Below are positions 20,401 to 29,825 of a stretch of DNA of 64,000 nucleotides, one piece after another. The notes below the pieces were generated by a model. The model had not been told where the DNA came from. It searched no databases and worked only from the letters and a program-made list of their open reading frames with translations. The position numbers and the translations under genes were made by a program. Each line of letters opens with the position of its first letter. Positions within the stretch are counted from its first letter, which is position 1. Origin of the DNA: Agriterribacter sp. (GTDB lineage Bacteria; Bacteroidota; Bacteroidia; Chitinophagales; Chitinophagaceae); NCBI GenBank assembly GCA_041484195.1, contig JBGPHC010000010.1, positions 28,468 to 92,467 on the forward strand. The letters run 5' to 3'.

Positions 20401-21273
20401 ATGGAAGAAACCCGGGAAATATCAGCCCTGTTGCATCTTATAGATGATCCGGATGCCGAAGTATTCACTACAGTGAGCGAAAGGATCGTAAGCTATGGCA
20501 AGCTTATCATCCCCAACCTGGAAAACCTTTGGGAAAACACCCCCAATGAGGAAGTGCAGGAAAAGATAGAACTCCTGATCCACCGGCTACATTTCCAGGA
20601 TTTGCAGGGCGATTTCATGGCCTACGCCAAAAAAGATTACCAGGACCTGTTCGAGGGCTCATTACTCGTTTCCCAATATCAGTACCCCGAACTGTTAACG
20701 ACTCCGGTACTGCAGGAAATTGAAAAAATCCGCCGGAATGTCTGGCTGGAATTGAATAGCTATCTGACCGCACTGGAACAGGTGAATGTGGTCAACCGGA
20801 TACTCTTCGCGTATTACAAATTCAAGGGTGTGGAAGTCTCTTATCAGTATCCTGAAGAATTCCTCGTTAACAAAGTGCTGGAAACCCATCGCGGCAATTC
20901 CATCACCAATGGCATACTTTACCAGGTATTGTGTCAGTTGCTGGATATACCGGTGCAAATGATCAATATCCCCAGACAGCATATCCTTGCCTATTTTGAT
21001 ACCTCGCACGATTACTTCAATCCCAATAAGGAGAATACGAACAAGATCCATTTTTATATCGATCCCATGAATGGTCAGATCTATACTCAAAAAGACGTAG
21101 AGAATTATTTCAAGAGAATCTCCGTTCCCCCCTCTCCTTCCTATTTCAAGCCGCTTAGCCATAAGCGCATGGTACAGCACCTCCTTGAAGAATTTTCAAA
21201 ATGCTTCGATGAGGATAAGACGCGCTACAAGCAAAACGAGTTGAGCATACTGGCGGATATTGTCAGCGAGTGA
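20401..21273 (+). CDS. Transglutaminase-like/SirB1-like family protein
   Basis: 290 aa from ATG 20401 (MEETREIS). Recognition is by overall similarity to Bacteroidota transglutaminase-like TPR proteins only, so the functional call is weak. Confidence 0.55.
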   Translation: MEETREISALLHLIDDPDAEVFTTVSERIVSYGKLIIPNLENLWENTPNEEVQEKIELLIHRLHFQDLQGDFMAYAKKDYQDLFEGSLLVSQYQYPELLTTPVLQEIEKIRRNVWLELNSYLTALEQVNVVNRILFAYYKFKGVEVSYQYPEEFLVNKVLETHRGNSITNGILYQVLCQLLDIPVQMINIPRQHILAYFDTSHDYFNPNKENTNKIHFYIDPMNGQIYTQKDVENYFKRISVPPSPSYFKPLSHKRMVQHLLEEFSKCFDEDKTRYKQNELSILADIVSE

Positions 21274-21453
21274 TTGTAAGAAACTAACTGGTTCGTGATC
21301 TCAGGTTCCATAATGGTTTTATATGGGTCAGGAATCATTGAACTTATTGGAAGACGTTTGTCAGCCACAAACTGAAATCCTTTCGCTAACAAAATTCCAA
21401 TGCCAATCATTACATGAGCTTTACCTGAATCTCCATTTTTCAATATCCCATGC

Positions 21454-23853
21454 TTACAGGTTCACATCCTGTTTGCCTCCCTTTAGCGGAATTTTCCTGT
21501 TATCCCAAATCAGTGTTCCGGTGATTCCATCGGGCAATACCACCTGTCCGCTGATATGGCCTGCCTTTTTTTCAAGGTCCACTTCAATAAAACCTTTTGG
21601 ATGGGGTATTCTTCCCTGAACTTTTTTCAGGTCCCCGAAATAGGGTTCTATTTTCACCTGCTGGAAGCCCGGGGCTCCGGGATTAACGCCGCAAACGGTT
21701 GAAAGAAACTGGTAGAGAGGCGATGCACTCCATGCGTGGCAATCTGAGCGAACGGGTTCCGGATTTTCGGCGAAGGTGGTCAGACCCCTGCCGATCATAT
21801 CCTGCCAGGGCTTCAACAAAGGGAGAAAGCGGTCTCCCAATTTTACTTTCTTGAGTGCTTCAAACAAATAGAACCTGAAATAATAAGTGCACTGTGTAAT
21901 GGAACTGTCTGAAAGCAATCTTTCAACTACGGTTCTTTGATCAATGGCCGGGATCGCGTCTGTGAGTACGGCCATAATATTTGCATGCTGACTAAATTTA
22001 TTTTTCTCGTAGGTATCGGCCAGCAATCCTTTTTTCGCATCCCAGCAGAGCCTGAAAGTTTTTGAAGTGAGCGAAAGGGCCTGTGCCCTGTATTGATCCG
22101 CCTTCGTCTTCATACCATAGGCATCCATTAATTGGGCGGCTCTTCGCAGGGTGTAGGCATATTGCAATGTAATGATTGAGGAACCTCCCTTACTTGCTCC
22201 GGGAGGAACGCCTCCGATTTCTATGCTATCAACCCGCGGCCAGCTCCAATCCTCAAATTGCCACCATTGCAGACTGCCCAGCATGCCATTCGCAGCGATA
22301 CGTTTCTGGTACCATTTCAAAACACTCTCGATTCCTTCCAGATGCGATTGCACAAATGCATCGTCCTTCCGGTGCATCCAGTAATCATGGATCATGCAGA
22401 TCCACCAAAGGGAAAAAGTGGGTATCACCTGTAAGTCTCTGGAAGGATACCTGCTCTGTGTGAGTCCATCCGGAATGAATGAATGAGACAGATCTTCGAT
22501 CGCCTTGCGCATCAAGCGCTCATCGCCGGCAACATACAATGAAATCAGTGCCTGTATCCTTGTGTCTCCCACATATTGCAACTGTTCGTAGTAGGGACAA
22601 TCAAAATAGGTATCAACGGCACATAGCCTCGCGGTGCGCCATCCCACTTCCCATATCCTGTCAATATCATTCCTGCCAGTCTTGAAATAAGCTTTTTCTT
22701 CAAATGGGTAGCCGGTAAAGACCCCATAAATATCTTTCAGTTGTAAGGGTTCACCACCAGTGTGAATATCGAGCTGCAGGTACCTGTAAGTACGAAAGAA
22801 CAGGGGGCTGTACCATCTTTCTGTCGCTCCATCGGCTATGTATTGATCTTCGATGCCGATAATTGTTTTATTTTCTATATCATTTCTGTTGCCTTTGTTT
22901 TTTTGGGAGTCCACCAGGGCCTCCGCATAGGTAAGGGTGATGGAAGCGCCTTTTCCGCCACTGACCAATAATTTCGGGTATGCGTTAGTGAGATGAGATT
23001 GATCGAACAGGATGCTCACCTTGCTGTTAGCGGGAACTGTGACGGGTGAATTTCCTTTTAGAAAATCATTACCTACAGTTATGCCTTCGCTTCTCCTCAC
23101 CTCACCCAGTCGTTCGGGCTTTTCTTCTGCCAGGGGTATGCTGCGTGGCACCAGCATCCAGTTCCCATCGGTTCCAAAACCGCGGGTCTTTGCGGGATAC
23201 CAAAGCGCAACGGCTTCCGGCCAGGAGGCATCATTAAATTCGGGCTCTTCAAATCCCCATGCATAATGATTTCCATCAACACGCTCTCCCTCCGCCGTCA
23301 CCACATAAGTCTGCAGTTTCGAACGGTCAATCGGAAGGGGACTATATGCAGAATCCTTCACAACTTTCCAGGAATGATCGGTATTTACAATTTTTTCGGC
23401 TTCTGAATCGCCCTGCACTATGAATGAAGTCTGAAAACTGATCTGAGAATAAGGCCTGAATTCTCCGAAATTCCAAACGGTGGCTGATAGAACATTTTTC
23501 CCCTGCCTGAGATAGGGCGCAATGTCAATGGTCTCAAAATTCCAATTCGACAAATCGCTTCTCGCCGGACCTGTACACAAAGAATGGCCGTTTACAAAGA
23601 GGCGATACCGGTTGTCAGCAGAAATGTGAATGATAAAACTTGCCGGAGTCTTTCCGATTTCAAAACTCTTTCTGAAATGAAATATCCCAAAATCCGTATC
23701 TGCCATCCTGCTCCCTGCTATCCATTTGGCCTGCCAGAATCCATGCAACCACTTCGGGTTAACAGAGCCGCCCTGCGCAATTGAAAAAAAAGGAATAATA
23801 ATTATCAATACCAGTAGCCAGTGTTGAATTTTACTTGGACGAGCCGTCATCAT
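21454..23853 (-). CDS. GH78-related (alpha-L-rhamnosidase-like) six-hairpin glycoside hydrolase, secreted
   Basis: 799 aa with signal peptide ending FFSIAQG. It has an N-terminal beta-sandwich region and an (alpha/alpha)6 region carrying DCPYYEQLQYVGD, which resembles the DCPxREx(2)GWxGD motif of GH78. Confidence 0.7.
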   Translation of the reverse strand: MMTARPSKIQHWLLVLIIIIPFFSIAQGGSVNPKWLHGFWQAKWIAGSRMADTDFGIFHFRKSFEIGKTPASFIIHISADNRYRLFVNGHSLCTGPARSDLSNWNFETIDIAPYLRQGKNVLSATVWNFGEFRPYSQISFQTSFIVQGDSEAEKIVNTDHSWKVVKDSAYSPLPIDRSKLQTYVVTAEGERVDGNHYAWGFEEPEFNDASWPEAVALWYPAKTRGFGTDGNWMLVPRSIPLAEEKPERLGEVRRSEGITVGNDFLKGNSPVTVPANSKVSILFDQSHLTNAYPKLLVSGGKGASITLTYAEALVDSQKNKGNRNDIENKTIIGIEDQYIADGATERWYSPLFFRTYRYLQLDIHTGGEPLQLKDIYGVFTGYPFEEKAYFKTGRNDIDRIWEVGWRTARLCAVDTYFDCPYYEQLQYVGDTRIQALISLYVAGDERLMRKAIEDLSHSFIPDGLTQSRYPSRDLQVIPTFSLWWICMIHDYWMHRKDDAFVQSHLEGIESVLKWYQKRIAANGMLGSLQWWQFEDWSWPRVDSIEIGGVPPGASKGGSSIITLQYAYTLRRAAQLMDAYGMKTKADQYRAQALSLTSKTFRLCWDAKKGLLADTYEKNKFSQHANIMAVLTDAIPAIDQRTVVERLLSDSSITQCTYYFRFYLFEALKKVKLGDRFLPLLKPWQDMIGRGLTTFAENPEPVRSDCHAWSASPLYQFLSTVCGVNPGAPGFQQVKIEPYFGDLKKVQGRIPHPKGFIEVDLEKKAGHISGQVVLPDGITGTLIWDNRKIPLKGGKQDVNL

Positions 23854-24014
23854 TAAGTGTTTTTAAGAGAAAGTGAAAATAAATAAATTGAAGCAGACTA
23901 AGAATTAATAGGTTGAATTGTAAGGTTTCGAATTGCGGATCACAAATATTATCCTGGTTTGGCCCGGATCAGGACTTATGGATATAGTGCATGATTGCGG
24001 TTGAACAGGCATGA

Positions 24015-24047
24015 ATAAAAAAAGTGAAGTTCTTACACTCCACTTTC
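24015..24047 (-). terminator. Rho-independent terminator after Gfo/Idh/MocA paralog 1
   Basis: The minus strand reads AAAGTGGAG-TGTAAGAA-CTTCACTTT followed by TTTTT. Confidence 0.65.
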
Positions 24048-24072
24048 CTGTATTAATAATATATGAGATGGC

Positions 24073-25512
24073 TCAGACATTCAAACTGAAACCATCCCGA
24101 TAATCCCTAGTAACCCATTGGTTGGCTTCATCAAAATTTGTCACCTTAAGATTCTTCGCATCCCACAATAATTTCTTCCTGCCGAGATATTTATCATCCC
24201 ATCCTTTGCCTTTGCTGTTGGGCAGCATATAACTCCTGATGGCCAGGTTGCTAATCAGGATGCTTTCGGTAAATGGACCTGCAAATTCAAATGGCGAACT
24301 GGTTTCACCCTTTCCATGACCGGCAATGCAGGCATTCACCCATTGAATATAGTGCCCTTCTGGAACCCGCCTGATGGTTTCTTTGGGCATCGTGGCTTCT
24401 TTCATCAATTTGGTAGGAAGCAGTCTTGGATTCGCTCCATAGCAATCACCCAGAATTTTCCCCTTCGTGCCTTCAAACAAGACACCTCCGTCCCAATTCC
24501 CAAATGCTTCTTCAGGTAATAATTCGTCTGGTCTTTGAGGCAGCAATCCTCCATCATACCAGGAAACTTTGATATCCCCCTTCCCGTCTGTTCTCGGATA
24601 ATTGAGATGGATGATGGAGGCGGGTGGACAACTGTCCTGGTTCATGCTGTCATTCCACATTTCCTTCCAGATTGTGGCGAGGCTGCATTCCACAGATGAC
24701 GGATATAGAATCGGTAATATACGGTAAACCGGGTCCATGATATGACAGGCCATATCGCCCAATGCTCCTGTTCCAAAGGCCCACCATCCTCTCCAGTTGA
24801 ATGGCAGGTAGGCAGGATTGTAGTCAATCATTTTTGCAGGCCCAATCCAAAGATTCCAATCCAGTTCTTTGGGTACTTCAAATTTTCCCACAGGTGTAGC
24901 CTGACCCTGCGGCCAAACCGGACGATTGGTCCAGCAATGCACGGTATGCACATCTCCAATAAGACCTGCATTCACCATTTCCTTCATCTTTCTAACTCCA
25001 TCTCCGGAGCCACCCTGATTGCCCATTTGAGTAACCACTTTATATTTTTTCGCAGCTTCCGTCAATTTCCTGGCTTCATAAATATCATGGGTCAACGGTT
25101 TCTGGGTGTACACGTGTTTTCCCAGCTGCATTGCGGCGATTGTGGCTACCGCATGCACATTGTCCGGAGTTGAAATGGAACAGGCGTCAATATTATTTTT
25201 TTCCTTATCTAGCAATTCCCTGAAATCTTTGTACACTCTGGCTTTGGGAAATCTCTTCCTGGTTTCTACTGTTTGGCGTTCATCCACATCCGCAAATGCC
25301 ACGATATTCACCTTGGGGCTTTTGGAAAACTCATGTAGGTCGTCTTCGCCTTTACCGCCGGCGCCGATGCCTGCAATATTGAGTTGATCACTGGGAGGAA
25401 CGAATCCCTTTCCAAGCACATTACGGGGAACAATAAAGAAACTGGCGGCGGCCAGTGATGAGTTCCTGAGAAATTTTCTCCGGGAAGCTCTGATTGAATT
25501 CTTTTTTTTCAT
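24073..25512 (-). CDS. TAT-exported Gfo/Idh/MocA-family NAD(P)-dependent oxidoreductase (paralog 1)
   Basis: 479 aa with twin-arginine signal SRRKFLRNSSLAAASFF, Rossmann motif NIAGIGAGGKG and an EKP-type motif TQKPLTHD. Confidence 0.85.
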   Translation of the reverse strand: MKKKNSIRASRRKFLRNSSLAAASFFIVPRNVLGKGFVPPSDQLNIAGIGAGGKGEDDLHEFSKSPKVNIVAFADVDERQTVETRKRFPKARVYKDFRELLDKEKNNIDACSISTPDNVHAVATIAAMQLGKHVYTQKPLTHDIYEARKLTEAAKKYKVVTQMGNQGGSGDGVRKMKEMVNAGLIGDVHTVHCWTNRPVWPQGQATPVGKFEVPKELDWNLWIGPAKMIDYNPAYLPFNWRGWWAFGTGALGDMACHIMDPVYRILPILYPSSVECSLATIWKEMWNDSMNQDSCPPASIIHLNYPRTDGKGDIKVSWYDGGLLPQRPDELLPEEAFGNWDGGVLFEGTKGKILGDCYGANPRLLPTKLMKEATMPKETIRRVPEGHYIQWVNACIAGHGKGETSSPFEFAGPFTESILISNLAIRSYMLPNSKGKGWDDKYLGRKKLLWDAKNLKVTNFDEANQWVTRDYRDGFSLNV

Positions 25513-25603
25513 GAATGCTGCTTTTTCTATGGCTGTTATTAAAAATTTGATTCCAATTTACGCCAAAGATCAATCTGGCAGTAAAATAAAATGCCGCTTT
25601 GAT

Positions 25604-25634
25604 TCGTAGTACCTAAAAAAAGCAGGTGACTTTG
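25604..25634 (-). terminator. Rho-independent terminator after Gfo/Idh/MocA paralog 2
   Basis: The minus strand reads GCAGGTG-GCCAAAGT-CACCTGC followed by TTTTTTT. Confidence 0.75.
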
Positions 25635-25668
25635 GCCACCTGCTGCAATAATATTCGCTGCCTGTCAA

Positions 25669-27117
25669 TCATAATTCAAGTTTCCAGTTTCCCCTGTATT
25701 GTCTCCTCACAAATTGGTTGGCAGGCTCAAAATTAGTGATGCGCATATTTTCTCCATCCCAAAGCAATTTTTTCCTTCCCGGAAATTTCTTATTGCCTTT
25801 CGAGTCCGTTTCGAAATAATTATAGCTGCGCACGGCCAGGTTACCCATCAAAACAGTTTCTGCCAGTGGTCCTGATTTATCGAAAGAAGAACTGGTATAA
25901 GTACCAAAACCTTTCTTGCATGCCTTGACCCATTGCTGCTGGTGGCCTTCTGAACCGCCTTCAACGAACGGAAATTTTGATTTTGGCAAATGGGTCTCCT
26001 TCATTTTCCTGGTCGGAAGCAGTGTCGGATTCCTTCCGAATAAACCTGCCATTAATTTCCCCTTGGTGCCTTCAAAAATGATGCCTCCATCCCATTCTGC
26101 CAATTCCTCATCGGGCAATAATTCGTCGGGCCTGCGGGGTTTAATGCCTCCATCGTACCAAATCATCTCAACGGGTGGCATGCCTTGCCTTGCAGGGAAC
26201 TGTATATGCGTCTTTGCAGATGGGGGATAACTGTCACCATAAATGGCTTCTTCAAAAAAGCCCGTGTACACTGAACCAACGCTTGTTTCTACAGATATGG
26301 GATAGCCCAGCTTGAGGGCACGAAACGGCACATCCATGAAATGACATCCCATATCACCCAGTGATCCTGTGCCAAAATCAACCCATCCTCTCCATATTGC
26401 TGGAAGATAAGTTGGGTCGAATTCGCGAAATGGCGCGGTACCCAGCCAAAGGTCCCAATCTACTTCTTTAGGGATTTCATATTTCCCGGTCGGGGTGGCG
26501 ATTCCCTGGGGCCATACAGGCCGGTTGGTCCACACATGCACTGTGTGAACATTTCCAATGACACCTCCCTGGATCCAGGTCTCCACATTCCTGGTATCAT
26601 CACCGCTACTCCCCTGATTGCCCATCTGAGTGATTACTTTATATTTTGCCGCTGCACGTGTCAGAATCCTGGCCTCATAAATATCATGTGTCAAAGGTTT
26701 CTCACAATAAACGTGCTTACCCAGTTGCATCGATGCCAGAGCGGCCACCGCGTGCGTATGGTCCGGCGTGGTAACCATCACAGCATCTATACGGCTGGCT
26801 TCCTTATCCAACATCTCACGAAAATCCCGATAATAGGGTGCATTGGGCCATTTCTTACGCGCGTTTACGGCCATCCTGTCGTCCACATCACATAGAGCTA
26901 CGATATTGTCTGACCCATTATTATATGCATAAGGAAGATTCACTTCGGCCTTACCTCCCACTCCAATGCCGGCAATATTCAATTTATCGCTGGGCGGAAT
27001 GAACCCGCGACCCAATACATGTCTGGGTACAATAAAAAAACCTGCAGCCGCCATAGAACCGTCCCGTATAAATTTCCGGCGGCCAGAATTCATTTTGGAT
27101 TTGTTTTTGGAATTCAT
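25669..27117 (-). CDS. TAT-exported Gfo/Idh/MocA-family NAD(P)-dependent oxidoreductase (paralog 2)
   Basis: Twin-arginine signal GRRKFIRDGSMAAAGFF, Rossmann motif NIAGIGVGGK and CEKPLTHD. Roughly 60% identical to paralog 1 by eye. Start set at ATG 27117 (MNSKNKSKMNSGRRKF) by analogy with paralog 1; the track ORF begins at a TTG at 27246. Confidence 0.85.
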   Translation of the reverse strand: MNSKNKSKMNSGRRKFIRDGSMAAAGFFIVPRHVLGRGFIPPSDKLNIAGIGVGGKAEVNLPYAYNNGSDNIVALCDVDDRMAVNARKKWPNAPYYRDFREMLDKEASRIDAVMVTTPDHTHAVAALASMQLGKHVYCEKPLTHDIYEARILTRAAAKYKVITQMGNQGSSGDDTRNVETWIQGGVIGNVHTVHVWTNRPVWPQGIATPTGKYEIPKEVDWDLWLGTAPFREFDPTYLPAIWRGWVDFGTGSLGDMGCHFMDVPFRALKLGYPISVETSVGSVYTGFFEEAIYGDSYPPSAKTHIQFPARQGMPPVEMIWYDGGIKPRRPDELLPDEELAEWDGGIIFEGTKGKLMAGLFGRNPTLLPTRKMKETHLPKSKFPFVEGGSEGHQQQWVKACKKGFGTYTSSSFDKSGPLAETVLMGNLAVRSYNYFETDSKGNKKFPGRKKLLWDGENMRITNFEPANQFVRRQYRGNWKLEL

Positions 27118-27334
27118 GACAAAGAATTTTTGTTTTAAGGTAGGAAGAAGATTTGAATTCGACTTCCGGAAATCTGTCAATCTTGATAATTCGCTCATGT
27201 AGTTAGATGAAAATGCAAGTGGGACTTTAGCTTTCTCGGTTTTCAAAATTTCACCGGTGTTCTTAAATTTCTCAAGGAGTCGGAGTTATAGATGGAGATG
27301 AGAAATTGTCTAAGTTTGAAGAAATAAATAAGTT

Positions 27335-27667
27335 ATGACCATTAGCCGGGATGATTTTGAGAAGGTTGATATTAGAGTTGGTACGATCCTGACTGTTGAA
27401 GAATTCCCCAATGCCAGGAAACCCTCATTTCAACTGAGCATTGATTTTGGAGAGCTGGGTATTAAGAGATCATCGGCCCAGATCACTGCTTTGTATAAGA
27501 AGAATGATTTGATAGGCAGACAAATCGTGGCCATTGTAAATTTCCCTCCCAAGCAGATCGCTAATTTCTTCAGTGAATGTCTTGTTCTGGGCGTGTATGG
27601 TAGTGACAAAGAAGTGATTTTATTAGAGCCGGAAAGGAAGGTGGATAATGGTCAGAAAGTGGGTTAG
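27335..27667 (+). CDS. tRNA-binding (CsaA/EMAP-type OB-fold) protein
   Basis: 110 aa. FEKVDIRVGTI ... SFQLSIDFGELG ... QIVAIVNFPPKQI is typical of CsaA-like tRNA-binding domains. Confidence 0.8.
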   Translation: MTISRDDFEKVDIRVGTILTVEEFPNARKPSFQLSIDFGELGIKRSSAQITALYKKNDLIGRQIVAIVNFPPKQIANFFSECLVLGVYGSDKEVILLEPERKVDNGQKVG

Positions 27668-27771
27668 TATCTGCAGATTTATACCAGAGCCCCCTTGTAA
27701 ATTTTGCAGGATTGTTTTGTGCTTATTCGTCAAACCTTTGAATTGCGTTAATTTTACGCTGCAGGAACAAT

Positions 27772-28293
27772 ATGATTATCATCGCAAATGATATTTATTA
27801 TTATGATTCACCATTGGGCAGGCTGGCCATTGGTTTTAATCAGGATCAAATTCAATCCATACTTTTTGTGGATGAGGAAGGTCCGGATAATGTCGCTCAA
27901 TCCAATGCTGACGATAAAGACTGGATCCCTGAAGCGGTTCAACAATGCCTGAAGCAAATGGATGAATACTTTGCGGGACAGCGAAGGGAGTTTGATTTTC
28001 CCTTCGGCCAGGAAGGAACTCCTTTTCAAAAAAAAGTTTGGAACGAATTATTGAATATTCCTTTTGGGAAAGTCATTTCATATCTCGAATTGTCTAAAAG
28101 AATCGGTGATCCCAAAGCCATCAGGGCTGTGGGAACTTCCAACGGCAAGAACCAATTGTGCATCGTGGTTCCATGCCACAGGGTCATTGGGTCGGATGGG
28201 AAACTGGTTGGTTATGGAGGCGGCCTGTGGAGGAAAAGATGGTTATTGGATCATGAAGCGAAATATGCCGGTGGGGTGTTGCGACTATTCTGA
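27772..28293 (+). CDS. ogt: Methylated-DNA--protein-cysteine methyltransferase
   Basis: 173 aa with active-site motif VPCHRV and upstream GKVISYLELSKRIG. Confidence 0.9.
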   Translation: MIIIANDIYYYDSPLGRLAIGFNQDQIQSILFVDEEGPDNVAQSNADDKDWIPEAVQQCLKQMDEYFAGQRREFDFPFGQEGTPFQKKVWNELLNIPFGKVISYLELSKRIGDPKAIRAVGTSNGKNQLCIVVPCHRVIGSDGKLVGYGGGLWRKRWLLDHEAKYAGGVLRLF

Positions 28294-28325
28294 TTCTTTC
28301 AGCCTTTCATGAACTGATATTAAGA

Positions 28326-28351
28326 TTTGAGTACATGCTTCTCTATTTTTG
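28326..28351 (+). promoter_or_regulatory. Bacteroidota-type promoter candidate for the RND operon
   Basis: TATTTTTG (28344-28351) matches the TAnnTTTG -7 consensus. TTTG at 28326-28329 is a possible -33 element, but the spacing is shorter than the consensus. Confidence 0.35.
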
Positions 28352-28370
28352 TTACACGAAGCCCGTAATT

Positions 28371-28402
28371 AACCTTAATTAACATTAACCTTAATTAACA
28401 TT
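28371..28402. repeat. Perfect 16-bp tandem duplication (AACCTTAATTAACATT x2) containing TTAATTAA palindromes
   Basis: Read directly. Together with the preceding TAATT it forms a 38-bp AT-rich block flanked by the direct repeat AGCCCG. It lies just downstream of the promoter candidate and about 235 nt upstream of the adaptor gene. Confidence 0.9.
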
Positions 28403-28636
28403 GAGCCCGGGCATTAAGACCGGAACAGATTTCATCTCCGGCACCGCTGCACAATCGCTTGACTTTTCCTTTCTCAATTCACGAATGAGGAATTTGGTTA
28501 GAGTATCCTGCGGATATTTGTTCCCGTACTGAGCTTACACTTAAATTTCACCCATTCCTGATGGGTTACTTGAGGTTCCTGCGTAACTTTACGAATGGTA
28601 GATGTTACAACTCTAATTTGTGTTATTTTCGCTGCG

Positions 28637-29677
28637 ATGAAAAAAATAATCCCGTTCATTTTGGTCATTGCCATTCAGTTTGCGTGCTCGCAGAAAAAAG
28701 ATAAGGCAGGCAGTATTCCGCAACACAGGACTACCCCACCGGTATCGGTTGAAGGCTTTATTGTGCGAATCAGGGCGCTGAGCGAAAACATTGAAGTCGC
28801 AGGTTCTGTCTTACCCGCTGAGGAAACTGAGATCAAGCCCGAAATTTCCGGCCGACTCGTGAGCATACATTTTCATGAAGGCAGTTTCGTAAGAAAGGGC
28901 GCGTTATTGGCAAAATTATATGACGGAGATCTACAAGCGCAACTAAAGAAATTGGAAGTGCAGCTCGAAATCAATCAAAAGACAGTCGAGCGATATAAGG
29001 AATTACTAAAGATACAGGGCATAAGCCAACAGGATGTGGACCTGAGTGAATTACAGGTGAGTAATATCAAGGCCGATATTGAACTGGTGAAGGTTAGTAT
29101 TGGCAAGACAGAAATCAGGGCGCCTTTTGATGGCAATATTGGGTTGCGTAATGTGAGTATTGGAGCTTATGTTTCACCTACTACGGTTATCGCGACCCTG
29201 CGCCAACTGAATGAATTGAAGCTGGAATTCACCGTGCCTGAAAAATACAGCGCTGAATTTAAGAAGGGCAAAATAGTCAGCTTTGGCATAGAAGGTGTGA
29301 AGGAGAAGTTTAACGCGGTTGTGATGGCATCAGAATTGTCGATTGATGCGAACACCCGGAGTTTAAAAATCAAAGCGCTGGTAAGAGGAGGAAATCCTGC
29401 ACTCGTACCTGGCTCTTTCGCGAAAGTGGCTCTCCATGTGGACCAGAACAATGAGGCCCTAATTGTGCCAACTCAGGCTGTGATTCCAATGGCCAGGGGT
29501 AAACAGGTGATTGTATATAAAGCTGGCATTCCTAATTTCCAAAATGTGACAACGGGAATCCGGGATTCGGCATATGTGCAGATTTCGGATGGCTTGCACC
29601 AGGGAGATACGGTTTTGGTGACAGGACTAATGACCATCAGGCCGGATAGTAAACTTCAGTTGACGAAAGTGCAGTGA
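28637..29677 (+). CDS. RND efflux periplasmic adaptor (membrane fusion protein), lipoprotein
   Basis: Start set at ATG 28637 (MKKIIPFILVIAIQFACSQ, lipobox-like). It shows coiled-coil, lipoyl and beta-barrel organisation typical of the HlyD/AcrA family, and is the first gene of a three-gene efflux operon. Confidence 0.85.
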   Translation: MKKIIPFILVIAIQFACSQKKDKAGSIPQHRTTPPVSVEGFIVRIRALSENIEVAGSVLPAEETEIKPEISGRLVSIHFHEGSFVRKGALLAKLYDGDLQAQLKKLEVQLEINQKTVERYKELLKIQGISQQDVDLSELQVSNIKADIELVKVSIGKTEIRAPFDGNIGLRNVSIGAYVSPTTVIATLRQLNELKLEFTVPEKYSAEFKKGKIVSFGIEGVKEKFNAVVMASELSIDANTRSLKIKALVRGGNPALVPGSFAKVALHVDQNNEALIVPTQAVIPMARGKQVIVYKAGIPNFQNVTTGIRDSAYVQISDGLHQGDTVLVTGLMTIRPDSKLQLTKVQ

Positions 29678-29825
29678 TGTTGACGGACGCTTCAGCAGGA
29701 AAACATGGAATCCTGCCAATTGAATAGACTGTGAATCTGGCATAAGGTAATCCTTCTGATGAGCCAGATCTTAGTTAATGATTGCAGAATCTTTGAGAAT
29801 TTCTTAAACCGGACATCCAAGTGGT

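Noticed and set aside
21225-21443. 72-aa minus-strand ORF at the convergent junction after the transglutaminase-like gene.
   Set aside because: It overlaps the 3' end of the plus-strand gene by about 50 nt. It has no recognisable motif or signal. I treat it as spurious unless it proves conserved.
24073-27117. Assigning the TAT-exported Gfo/Idh/MocA paralogs to GH109 (NAD-dependent alpha-N-acetylgalactosaminidase).
   Set aside because: They share the fold and the export signal, but by eye the sequences do not track the GH109 prototype as I remember it beyond the Rossmann region. Without a search, the assignment would be over-reach.
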